Of a stretch of 59,966 nucleotides of DNA, positions 26,239-34,327 are shown piece by piece. The stretch comes from Minisyncoccota bacterium (GTDB lineage Bacteria > Patescibacteriota > Minisyncoccia > Phycocordibacterales > CAIRYW01), in assembly GCA_041665985.1 (NCBI GenBank), contig JBAYHV010000001.1:1-59966 (forward strand), in the 5' to 3' direction. Both the position numbers and the translations under genes were made by a program. The notes below the pieces were generated by a model, which was not told the origin of the DNA, did not search any database, and saw nothing but the letters and a program-made list of their open reading frames with translations. Position 1 is the first letter of the stretch. Each line of letters begins with the position of its first letter.

Positions 26239-26311
26239 GGGCCCATAGCTCATCTGGTAGAGCGCTTCATTTGCACTGAAGAGGTGAGCGGTTCGAGTCC
26301 GCTTGGGTCCA
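26239..26311 (+). tRNA. tRNA-Ala (anticodon UGC)
   Basis: Hand-folded. Acceptor gggccca/tgggtcc with G3:U70, D arm gctc..gagc, anticodon loop ttTGCac, T arm agcgg-ttcgagt-ccgct. Confidence 0.92.
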
Positions 26312-26323
26312 CAATAAAAACTA

Positions 26324-26349
26324 ATCGCCTTTTTATGGGCGATTTTTTT
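26324..26349 (+). terminator. tRNA-Ala terminator
   Basis: atcgcc/ggcgat stem followed by T7. Confidence 0.7.
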
Positions 26350-26352
26350 GTT

Positions 26353-26483
26353 GTGGACCCAAAGCGAGTAAAAGATTTTACTCGCGTGCGGACTCGAAGA
26401 CCTTTTGAGACTATTTTGTGAGTTTGCGAAACAAAATATCCAAAAGGTGTACTGAAACTGTAAGTTTCGAATGTCCGCTTGGT
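26353..26483 (+). repeat. Structured module built from an inverted then a direct copy of the tRNA-Ala 3' end (same architecture as at tRNA-Gln)
   Basis: In order: gtggacccaa (26353-62), hairpin 26364-85, gcggactcgaa (26388-98), accttttg...caaaaggt stem, GTAC, gaaac/gtttc hairpin, tgtccgcttggt. Confidence 0.75.
26449..26471 (+). repeat. 23-bp perfect direct repeat gtactgaaactgtaagtttcgaa, left copy
   Basis: Identical to 27694-27716. The flanks remain partly similar for about 12 more nt. Confidence 0.9.
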
Positions 26484-26535
26484 AAAACGAAACAAAAGAG
26501 TTAAGCTATTGTCAATATTAACTAAAATTAAATAA

Positions 26536-27546
26536 ATGATAAAAATAAAATTGCTTAGATCGGCACTTGTCGGTTTGCTATTTCTATTTCCAGTTTTTGC
26601 TTCAGCTGTACATGTAAATGGTTACTACAGAAGCAACGGTACATATGTTAATAGTTATGAACGTACAGCTCCCGACGGGAATCCATACAACAATTATAGC
26701 TATCCTGGAAATTATAATCCTAATACTGGAAATATAACTGGAGGTAATTCTCAAACTTATTTAAGTAATTACTATAATAACTCTTCAAGTGGAAGTAATT
26801 ATTCATCAGGATACAGTTACCCTACTATTCCAAGTTGTCCATTAAATTCATATGCAAGTGGATCATCATGTAAATGTAACTATGGTTATTCAGTAAGTGG
26901 CTCTAGCTGTGTTTCTGATGATTCCATATGCCAAGATCAACTAGGATACAGTTCCAGTTATGATTCATTGAGTGGTAATTGTAAGTGTAGTTACGGATAT
27001 GTAATTGGAACATCTGGAAAGTGTGTAAACGCCAATAGCTACTGTTCAGATAAATTAGGAATAATGTCACAATATAATAGTTCTTCAAAAAAATGTGAGT
27101 GTATGGCAGGATACAGTTTTGACGGCTCAAGTTGTACTTACCAAGCAACAGATTATTCATACACAACTGATAATAACTACTCCTCCAATAACTCAATTTC
27201 GTGCCCAATAAATTCTCATGTTAACCCAAGCGATTCAACAAAATGTATTTGTGATACGAATTATCAGAACAACATAACAAATAATGGATGTATTTTTAAA
27301 ATAACAAAAACCAACACAGAAATTTGCCAAGATAGTTATGGTCCTAATGCAGATTGGGCTGGCACTAAAATTAGCGATACGCAATTAAATTGTAGTTGCA
27401 AGACTGATTATGTTTGGAATAATTCAAAAACTGCCTGTATTTATTATATTCCTCCATCAGTAGTTGAATCTAATTATGTTTCAGCAGATACAACTATAAA
27501 CAATTTACCTCCAAAAGTGGAACCTAAAAAAAATAGAATCGACTAA
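26536..27546 (+). CDS. Secreted Cys-rich repeat protein (signal peptide; S/Y/N-rich region; five CxC-x2-[GN]Y...C modules)
   Basis: N-terminal signal-like LLFLFPVFASA. Repeats are SCKCNYGYSVSGSSC, NCKCSYGYVIGTSGKC, KCECMAGYSFDGSSC, KCICDTNYQ...GC and NCSCKTDYVW...AC. Confidence 0.7.
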   Translation: MIKIKLLRSALVGLLFLFPVFASAVHVNGYYRSNGTYVNSYERTAPDGNPYNNYSYPGNYNPNTGNITGGNSQTYLSNYYNNSSSGSNYSSGYSYPTIPSCPLNSYASGSSCKCNYGYSVSGSSCVSDDSICQDQLGYSSSYDSLSGNCKCSYGYVIGTSGKCVNANSYCSDKLGIMSQYNSSSKKCECMAGYSFDGSSCTYQATDYSYTTDNNYSSNNSISCPINSHVNPSDSTKCICDTNYQNNITNNGCIFKITKTNTEICQDSYGPNADWAGTKISDTQLNCSCKTDYVWNNSKTACIYYIPPSVVESNYVSADTTINNLPPKVEPKKNRID

Positions 27547-27693
27547 AGTAAAAATGAACAACGCACCAAGAATTATTAAAGAAAACTCAACAACAACCAA
27601 AGCAACAAGTACTTCGTCGATAAAGACTCAAACTAAAAGCAATTGGTGGAATACTTTTATAAGTTGGTTCGGGAAATAAGAAGTGCTCTTGTG

Positions 27694-27716
27694 GTACTGA
27701 AACTGTAAGTTTCGAA
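27694..27716 (+). repeat. 23-bp perfect direct repeat, right copy
   Basis: Identical to 26449-26471. The two copies bracket the Cys-rich protein gene. Confidence 0.9.
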
Positions 27717-27728
27717 CATCCACCTGTT

Positions 27729-28055
27729 CTACGAAAAAAATCTTCCTAAAATTGCTTTCCATCCTGAACTACGTCTTCTTCCACAGCACCACATAAACCC
27801 CCAATCTATTGTAGGTTTTCCACATTGAACACATTCAACAATTTTTTCTTCATCATCACTTGTTTCAAATTTAATTTGACAATCCTCGCATCTACGAAAA
27901 TAGATCTTTCCTAATCTTGGAGGTGATTTTATATAAACGCCTATATAAATCATTTTTCCTTTGCACTCTGGACAAAATTCTTTTTTTTCGTCAAACTCAC
28001 AACTTGTCTCACATGTAGGACAAATATACTCATATTTCCTTTCAGCTTGTTTCAT
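27729..28055 (-). CDS. Hypothetical multi-zinc-ribbon protein
   Basis: Four CxxC pairs (CPTC, CPEC, CEDC, CVQC) in 108 aa. Confidence 0.55.
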   Translation of the reverse strand: MKQAERKYEYICPTCETSCEFDEKKEFCPECKGKMIYIGVYIKSPPRLGKIYFRRCEDCQIKFETSDDEEKIVECVQCGKPTIDWGFMWCCGRRRSSGWKAILGRFFS

Positions 28056-28102
28056 TTGGTTATTATATCAAAGTCTAAACTTCTTGAATTTATAAAAACT
28101 GA

Positions 28103-28108
28103 TATAAT
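28103..28108 (+). promoter_or_regulatory. TATAAT hexamer 7 nt upstream of ATG 28116 (leaderless candidate)
   Basis: gaTATAATtaacccaATG. Confidence 0.3.
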
Positions 28109-28115
28109 TAACCCA

Positions 28116-29072
28116 ATGACCCGAGACTCGATCATTAAAGAAATAAGTACAAGACATAATGTAAGTACAATTTACGTGAAAGGTATCGTGGATTCTGTGC
28201 GCCCAGAATATTACCTAGAAGATTCAAAAAAAATAATTGATGAGAAACCGAAACCTTTTGTTAAATGGGTTGGAGGAAAAAGACAACTTTTAAAACAATT
28301 TCGTTCGATGAATCTTTATCCTCCTGAAAAATTTGATGTAAAAAAAGGGAGATACTTTGAGCCTTTTGTTGGTGGAGGAGCAGTTTTTTTTGACCTACTT
28401 CCAGAGAAAGGATTTCTTTCTGATTTAAACAAAGAACTTGTTACTACATATAATGCTATCAAAAATGATGTAGAAAAATTAATTATTTCTCTCAAGAAGC
28501 ACAAAATAAATAAAGAATATTTTTTAAAAATTCGTGCTCAAGATCCTAATAAGTTAAAAGATATAGATGTTGCTTCTCGTTTTATATACCTTAATAGAAC
28601 ATGTTTTAACGGTTTATATAGAGTAAATTCTAAAGGTGGTTTTAATGTTCCGTATGCAGGAAATAAAAATCCTCTTATTTGTGATGAGGATAATTTAAGA
28701 AAAGTTTCAAAAGCACTTCAGAGTATTGACATCAAACATCAAGATTACAAAAAAGTTCTCAAGAAAGCGAGAAAAGGAGATTTTATTTATTTTGATCCGC
28801 CTTATTACCCAATTAATAAAACATCATCCTTTACATCCTACACAACTGAGGGATTTTTGGATAAGGAACAAATAGAACTTCGTGATACTGTTATTGAATT
28901 GAACAAGAAAGGGTGTTTTGTAATGCTTTCTAATTCCGATACACCCTTTATAAATAAAATTTATTCTGGATTAAAAGGCATTTGTATCACAAAAGTTCAA
29001 GCCGGTCGCATGATTAACTCAAAAGCTTCAGGCAGAGGAAAAATTTCAGAGGTTCTGGTAACTAACTATTAA
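28116..29072 (+). CDS. Dam-family (D12 class) N6-adenine DNA methyltransferase
   Basis: KWVGGKRQLL, EPFVGGGAVFF, NRTCFNGLYRVN..G.FNVPY and FDPPY motifs. The start is uncertain: the track ORF begins at 28047, ATG 28116 is preferred. Confidence 0.85.
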   Translation: MTRDSIIKEISTRHNVSTIYVKGIVDSVRPEYYLEDSKKIIDEKPKPFVKWVGGKRQLLKQFRSMNLYPPEKFDVKKGRYFEPFVGGGAVFFDLLPEKGFLSDLNKELVTTYNAIKNDVEKLIISLKKHKINKEYFLKIRAQDPNKLKDIDVASRFIYLNRTCFNGLYRVNSKGGFNVPYAGNKNPLICDEDNLRKVSKALQSIDIKHQDYKKVLKKARKGDFIYFDPPYYPINKTSSFTSYTTEGFLDKEQIELRDTVIELNKKGCFVMLSNSDTPFINKIYSGLKGICITKVQAGRMINSKASGRGKISEVLVTNY

Positions 29073-29082
29073 TATAATATTT

Positions 29083-29844
29083 ATGGCAAATAACAATTCC
29101 TGGAAGAAAATTTTTGAAGACAATAAGATTTTGAAACATGATTTTTCTAAATCACCTTTTTATTTGTCTGCCGAAATGATTAAAAAATCAGTACAGGAAT
29201 TTACTAAGACTAGTGAAAAAGAAGTTCGTTGTCTGTGTAAAATGGATACAAGAGAAAGTCTTCCTGAAATAATGAGAAATAATAACTTAATTTTATTACC
29301 TGTAAAAAATAAATATTATGTAATTGTAAAAGGTGAAGGTTTTGTTGATATTCCTGAGATAGTAAGTCCAACTGAAATATACAATACTAAATTAGGTTTT
29401 GATTTAGAAACCTCTAAAATAGGTAATTCAGAGATGCAACATCTAGATTTCGCCTATGCATCAAGTTTAATAAGGACATTTATGGACGATCCTTCTTTAG
29501 TTCTTACAATAAGAGGGCGAAAATATACCCCTGAGTTCGATTTTAAAATTAATCAACAAAATATAAAAGTCAAAGGTGTTCAAACAGAGGTGGATGCTGG
29601 GTATGAAGGAAAAGATAAAGTTGTATTAATTGAAGCAAAAAATTCTAAAACAAAAAATACAATAATTCGGCAATTATATTATCCATTTAGACAATGGAGC
29701 GAACATACTAATAAGAATGTATATTTACTTTTTTTTGAAAAAAGAAAGAATGAATATCTTATTTGGCAGTATACATTTGAAAATAAAAATGATTATAATT
29801 CCATTAAATTGATTAAATCAAAAAAATATAAAATCAATAAATAA
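29083..29844 (+). CDS. Putative type II restriction endonuclease (PD-(D/E)XK-like)
   Basis: Sandwiched between two methyltransferases. VDAGYEG..VVLIEAKNS fits D...ExK. No family recognised by eye. Confidence 0.5.
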   Translation: MANNNSWKKIFEDNKILKHDFSKSPFYLSAEMIKKSVQEFTKTSEKEVRCLCKMDTRESLPEIMRNNNLILLPVKNKYYVIVKGEGFVDIPEIVSPTEIYNTKLGFDLETSKIGNSEMQHLDFAYASSLIRTFMDDPSLVLTIRGRKYTPEFDFKINQQNIKVKGVQTEVDAGYEGKDKVVLIEAKNSKTKNTIIRQLYYPFRQWSEHTNKNVYLLFFEKRKNEYLIWQYTFENKNDYNSIKLIKSKKYKINK

Positions 29845-29850
29845 AGTTTT

Positions 29851-30609
29851 ATGAAAAGTGAAATCGGAATAAAAAAATTACATCCTGACGAATTTGAACT
29901 AGAATGTACAACTGTCTGGGCTTTTCCTCGTCGTGGTAATTGGGCAACTCACGCATCAGACTGGAGAGGAAACTGGGCACCAGAAGTTGTTAGAAATTTA
30001 ATCCTAAGATATTCAAAAGAAAAAGATCATTTACTTGATTGTATGATTGGAGGAGGAACAACAGCAATTGAAGCAAAGATATTAAATAGGCATATTACCT
30101 GTATTGATGTAAATGAAAAAGCCCTAGAACGAACAAAGAAAGCTCTTGAATTTACGATTGATAATAAAGCAAAACAAAGAGTTGTTAAATGTGATGCTAG
30201 AAATATGAGTTTTATAAAAGATGGGGAAATAGATTTTGTTTTAACTCATCCTCCTTATGCGGATATTATAAAATATAGTGAAGGGAAAATTGAAGAAGAT
30301 TTGTCTGGTATACATGATATAAATGCTTTTATTGATGAAATAGAAAAAGTCGCAAAAGAATTGTTTAGAGTTTTAAAGAAAGGAAAATACTGTGCAATTC
30401 TGATGGGAGATACACGCAGAAATAAAATGTACCAACCTCTTGCTTTTAAGGTTATGGAAAAATTTTTGAAAGTCGGATTTGTTTTAAAAGAGGACATAAT
30501 AAAAAGACAATTTAATTGCAAGGCAACTGGTTTTTGGGTCACAAAATCAAAAGAATCAAATTTCTTGTTAATAATGCATGAGCACCTCTTTATCTTCCAA
30601 AAGATTTAA
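29851..30609 (+). CDS. SAM-dependent DNA methyltransferase, second MTase of the cluster
   Basis: LDCMIGGGTT (motif I) and LTHPPYADII ((D/N/S/H)PPY motif IV). Confidence 0.7.
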   Translation: MKSEIGIKKLHPDEFELECTTVWAFPRRGNWATHASDWRGNWAPEVVRNLILRYSKEKDHLLDCMIGGGTTAIEAKILNRHITCIDVNEKALERTKKALEFTIDNKAKQRVVKCDARNMSFIKDGEIDFVLTHPPYADIIKYSEGKIEEDLSGIHDINAFIDEIEKVAKELFRVLKKGKYCAILMGDTRRNKMYQPLAFKVMEKFLKVGFVLKEDIIKRQFNCKATGFWVTKSKESNFLLIMHEHLFIFQKI

Positions 30610-30639
30610 TTTAATAATTGATATATAATTATTAATGTA

Positions 30640-31536
30640 ATGACCCACTACGGAAAAAGATTTTTTAGTTTTTTAAACACCAACAAAGCAGGAATATTTT
30701 TCTGCGTTGTTTTTGTAATCGTTCTCGTCGGAATAAATATTGCAGGAAATGCACTTTATAATAATTTTTTTATACCAAATTACTTTGATCATCCTGTATC
30801 TGACAATTCATTTTCTGGTTCCGATTTATCTTCATCAGATTGCAATGTTACAGGAATAAATATTCACGGGGATATTGTGACCTACAACCCACGCGATGCT
30901 TTTAACGATCAAGGCAACCTAACACTTGATCAAACCTCCGCAGACTACGTCACAGAGGCTGTAGCAGATGCTCAAACCAAAGATAATATCAAAGCAATAG
31001 TTGTTGAAGTAGATTCAGGCGGAGGCTCTGGTATGGCAGGAGAAGAAATGATGCGAGCTTTCAAGGATTCTAAAAAACCCGTTATCGCTTTTATTAGAGA
31101 AGGTGGAATGTCCGCTGCATATTTGGCAGCTACTGGGGCTCAAACAATTTTTGCCTCAAAACTTTCAGATGTAGGAAGTATTGGAGTAACAATGTCTTAT
31201 CTCCAAGAAGCTGGAAAAAATCAAAAAGAAGGTCTTTCATATGTAGATCTAAGTTCAGGTAAATTTAAAGATTCTGGAAATCCAGCTCGGCTTTTAACTA
31301 AAGATGAAAAACAACTTTTCATGCGCGATATAAATATCAGCTACGAGTATTTTGTGAGTTTAGTGTCACAAAATCGTAACCTAAGTATTGAAAAAGTGAA
31401 GGCTCTAGCTGATGGTTCTAGCGTGATGGGTGAGCAAGCTTTAAAAGACGGTTTGGTGGATAAGATCGGCTTACTTCCTGATGTTGAGAACTACATCTCT
31501 GAAAAGATCGGCGAAAAAACAAAAATTTGCTGGTAG
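30640..31536 (+). CDS. sppA: Signal peptide peptidase SppA (S49 family, 36K type)
   Basis: N-terminal TM helix, then IKAIVVEVDSGGGS and GGMSAAYLAATGA. Confidence 0.85.
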   Translation: MTHYGKRFFSFLNTNKAGIFFCVVFVIVLVGINIAGNALYNNFFIPNYFDHPVSDNSFSGSDLSSSDCNVTGINIHGDIVTYNPRDAFNDQGNLTLDQTSADYVTEAVADAQTKDNIKAIVVEVDSGGGSGMAGEEMMRAFKDSKKPVIAFIREGGMSAAYLAATGAQTIFASKLSDVGSIGVTMSYLQEAGKNQKEGLSYVDLSSGKFKDSGNPARLLTKDEKQLFMRDINISYEYFVSLVSQNRNLSIEKVKALADGSSVMGEQALKDGLVDKIGLLPDVENYISEKIGEKTKICW

Positions 31537-31692
31537 GGAAGCAAAACTTGATTGAAAAAACGTAAATATGGTCGATTTTAACCATGTATTTACGTTTTTC
31601 ATTATAAATAAAATAAAATAGAATCCTTCTTGCCTTTTTATTAAATATTTATATACTGTGACAATTAAATTATAAGTAACAAATAAAAAAAT

Positions 31693-31824
31693 ATGTCAGA
31701 AGAAGTATATGATATTGCAAAGGAGAATGATTTAACTTTCGATGAGGCAATGGAAATTCAAGAATTGGTAGACGAAAAAGGAATGGAAGTAAGTGAAGCT
31801 TTTGAAATGTGGGAAGAAAGATAA
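31693..31824 (+). CDS. Candidate 43-aa acidic small protein (MSEEVYDIAKENDLTFDEAMEIQELVDEKGMEVSEAFEMWEER)
   Basis: ATG-to-TAA ORF found by eye, followed by a strong terminator. Below the 60-aa ORF-track cutoff. Confidence 0.35.
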   Translation: MSEEVYDIAKENDLTFDEAMEIQELVDEKGMEVSEAFEMWEER

Positions 31825-31849
31825 CATTTAAATAGTTCTTAAAATAAAA

Positions 31850-31881
31850 AACCTCGTCCGCCTAAACGGACGAGGTTTTTT
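31850..31881 (+). terminator. Rho-independent terminator
   Basis: aacctcgtccg/cggacgaggtt 11-bp stem plus a T-run. Confidence 0.75.
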
Positions 31882-32133
31882 ATTTGTCTAAATATACAAA
31901 ATCTTTGGTATAATTCACTTGTCTAAATCTTACAAACTAATCTCAAAAACAATGTCAAAAAAATCACAAAAAGCGAGCGATCTAAAAAGCGGAGGAAAAA
32001 ATCTTAAAGCAAAAAACGCTTCATTAAAATCAAAACCATTTTCTGTTGCTGATGTTTCAACATCAAGAAGAGGAAGATAAGGGTAAGTTGAAAGTTATAA
32101 AGTCCATGAGGTTTATAAAGTAATAATGAACAT

Positions 32134-33117
32134 ATGAAGAATAAATCGGAACAAAAAAATAACTTAGTAATATATCAAGCAAAAAACGGAGCTATTGAGC
32201 TACGTGGGGATTTTGAGCATGAGAATATTTGGGCAACACAGGCTCAAATTGCCCAATTATTTGACGTTACCCCTCAAAATATTACCTTGCATTTGAATAA
32301 TATATATAAGGATAAAGAACTCAATATGAAGGCAACTTGTAAGGAATCCTTACAAGTTCAAATCGAAGGAAAAAGAAGAATAGAAAGATCTGTTAAATTT
32401 TACAACGTAGATACAATTATTGCAGTCGGTTATAGAATTAATTCAGTAATGGGAACTAATTTCCGTATCTGGGCAACAAAAACTCTCAAAGAACATATTA
32501 CAAAAGGCTACACCGTAAATCGCAAACAAATTGCCAAAAATTACGAGGCCTTTATGAAGTCTGTTTCAGATATTCAAGCACTTTTACCTGAACATATTAC
32601 ACTTGATCCAAAAGCAGTTTTGGAACTGATCAAGGAATTTTCTAGTACCTGGATATCTCTTGATGCATACGATAAAGAATCTCTTACCGTTATTGGGACA
32701 ACAAAAAAATCAATCAGATTAACTGGACAGGAATTGGCAAATGCTATCCACAATCTCCGAGCAGAATTAATTAAAAATGATAAGGCAACAGATATTTTTG
32801 CCCAAGAAAGAAGAACTGGAAACATTGAAGGAATTGTTGGAAACGTGATGCAATCTTTTGGAGGAAAAGATGTTTATAGAACGATAGAAGAAAAAGCTGC
32901 GCACTTACTTTACTTCATGGTAAAAAATCACCCATTTGTAGACGGAAACAAACGCTCCGGTGCTTTTTCTTTTGTATGGTTTTTGAGAAAGGCCAAGGCT
33001 AAGAAAACTAGAAACATAAATCCTAGCGCTCTTACTGCACTTACACTTTTGATCGCAGAAAGTAATCCCGAGAAAAAAGACCAAATGATTGCATTGGTAA
33101 CACAGATGTTAAAATAA
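32134..33117 (+). CDS. RhuM-family N-terminal domain fused to a Fic/Doc (Doc-type) domain
   Basis: N-terminus: ...FDV..QNI..HL.NIY...EL...VKFYN.D.IIAVGYR.NS..G..FR.WAT. C-terminus: HPFVDGNKR (Doc motif). Confidence 0.8.
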   Translation: MKNKSEQKNNLVIYQAKNGAIELRGDFEHENIWATQAQIAQLFDVTPQNITLHLNNIYKDKELNMKATCKESLQVQIEGKRRIERSVKFYNVDTIIAVGYRINSVMGTNFRIWATKTLKEHITKGYTVNRKQIAKNYEAFMKSVSDIQALLPEHITLDPKAVLELIKEFSSTWISLDAYDKESLTVIGTTKKSIRLTGQELANAIHNLRAELIKNDKATDIFAQERRTGNIEGIVGNVMQSFGGKDVYRTIEEKAAHLLYFMVKNHPFVDGNKRSGAFSFVWFLRKAKAKKTRNINPSALTALTLLIAESNPEKKDQMIALVTQMLK

Positions 33118-33126
33118 ATAAAAAAA

Positions 33127-33972
33127 ATGGCATTCGATAAATATTCAGCAGTGTGGGTATCGCATTCTTCAATGGGAGATTTTTTGAAATGTCCGCGCGC
33201 TTATTATTTACATAATGTATATAAGGATCCAAAAACAAAAAGAAAAATAAGTATTATTAATCCTTCTCTTTCTCTTGGTTTGGCAGTACATACAACACTC
33301 GAAGCTCTAAAGAATATTCCTGTGGAAGAAAGGATGAAAAGAGACCTTTTAGCAGATTATGAAGAAGCTTGGAAAGCTGTTTCAGGAAAAATAGGAGGCT
33401 TCAAAAACGCCGAAGAAGAAGCCGAGTTTAAAGAACGAGGCAAAGCAATGATAGAGAGAGTTATAAAAAACCCAGGACCAATTACCGAAAAGACAGTTAG
33501 AATAAAAGAATCTAATAATGGTATGCCACCAAATTTTATTCTTTCTGACGAAGAAAATATTATTTTATGCGGTCTGATCGACTGGCTTGAATATATTGAG
33601 AAGGACGACAGTGTTCGTATTTTGGATTTTAAGACTGGTAAACACGACGAAACAGAAGATTCATTGCAACTTCCAATTTATCTTTTACTTTTGAATGCTC
33701 TACAAAAAAGAAAAGTAACAGGCGCTTCCTATTGGTATCTTGATAGAGATGATAAGCCTATTGATATGCCTTTGCCAACCATCAAGCAATCAGAAGAAAA
33801 AGTTCTTGCGGTTGCGAAACAAGTAAAAAATGCCCGTGAGAAAAAAATATTTCTTTGTCCAAAAGGCGAAGGAGGATGTTTTGCTTGTAAACCATTTGAA
33901 GCAATTTTAGAAGGGAAGGCAGAATATTTAGGTGTTGGAGGTTATGGTTGCGATATTTATTCCGCCAAGTGA
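33127..33972 (+). CDS. PD-(D/E)XK nuclease, RecB/Cas4-like with a putative Fe-S Cys cluster
   Basis: N-terminal KCPRAYY. GLIDW...ILDFKTGK (D..DxK) and QLPIYLLL (QxxxY). C-terminal CPKGEGGCFAC. Confidence 0.7.
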   Translation: MAFDKYSAVWVSHSSMGDFLKCPRAYYLHNVYKDPKTKRKISIINPSLSLGLAVHTTLEALKNIPVEERMKRDLLADYEEAWKAVSGKIGGFKNAEEEAEFKERGKAMIERVIKNPGPITEKTVRIKESNNGMPPNFILSDEENIILCGLIDWLEYIEKDDSVRILDFKTGKHDETEDSLQLPIYLLLLNALQKRKVTGASYWYLDRDDKPIDMPLPTIKQSEEKVLAVAKQVKNAREKKIFLCPKGEGGCFACKPFEAILEGKAEYLGVGGYGCDIYSAK

Positions 33973-34050
33973 GAGATATCGCGAGAAGTAAACAAAGTGA
34001 AACTTTTCATGATATCCGAGCGCAGGCGGAACAAAGGTTTTAATCCCTTT
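33971..34050 (+). repeat. ~80-nt dispersed repeat, intergenic copy
   Basis: gagagatatcgcgagaag...tccgagcgcaggcggaacaaaggttttaatcccttt aligns with 37932-38013. Confidence 0.6.
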
Positions 34051-34201
34051 ATTCTTTGTAGAAAAATCTATGTGATATAATTTATCTATTAAAAGAATAA
34101 TTTTTCATAATTATATGGCAAAAGGAGAATCTCATAAAAAAGAAAAGAAGAAGGCAAAAAAAGCAAAGAAATAATTTTGTAGGTTGATAACATATTGAAA
34201 A

Positions 34202-34226
34202 AACGCCTATTTTAAGGCGTTTTTTT
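34202..34226 (+). terminator. Rho-independent terminator
   Basis: aacgcct/aggcgtt stem plus T6. It follows a 19-codon Lys-rich mini-ORF (34115-34174). Confidence 0.7.
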
Positions 34227-34327
34227 GTACCTGAAAAAGCATTAACCTTTGGGATCATTTTTCCGTGATATCATTTTAATAAATAGCAGTGTTCGTTCAA
34301 CAATCAAATAAATAGAAGGGTAATCTT

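Noticed and set aside
26449-26475. Hammerhead-like core (CTGA...GAAA) in the GTAC-hairpin part of the tRNA-linked module.
   Set aside because: The Ala copy reads CUGAAAC rather than CUGANGA, and the Gln copies lack CUGA entirely. It does not fit the hammerhead consensus.
26194-26495. ORFs 26194-26421 (+) and 26250-26495 (-).
   Set aside because: They run through tRNA-Ala, its terminator and the structured module. These are artefacts of an ORF-free region.
34115-34174. 19-codon Lys-rich mini-ORF (MAKGESHKKEKKKAKKAKK) followed by a good terminator. A 42-codon basic ORF at 31952-32080 and a 41-codon ORF at 27554-27679 are similar cases.
   Set aside because: They are plausible small proteins, but nothing beyond an ATG, a stop and (for the first) a terminator supports them. 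Such ORFs arise easily in A-rich DNA.
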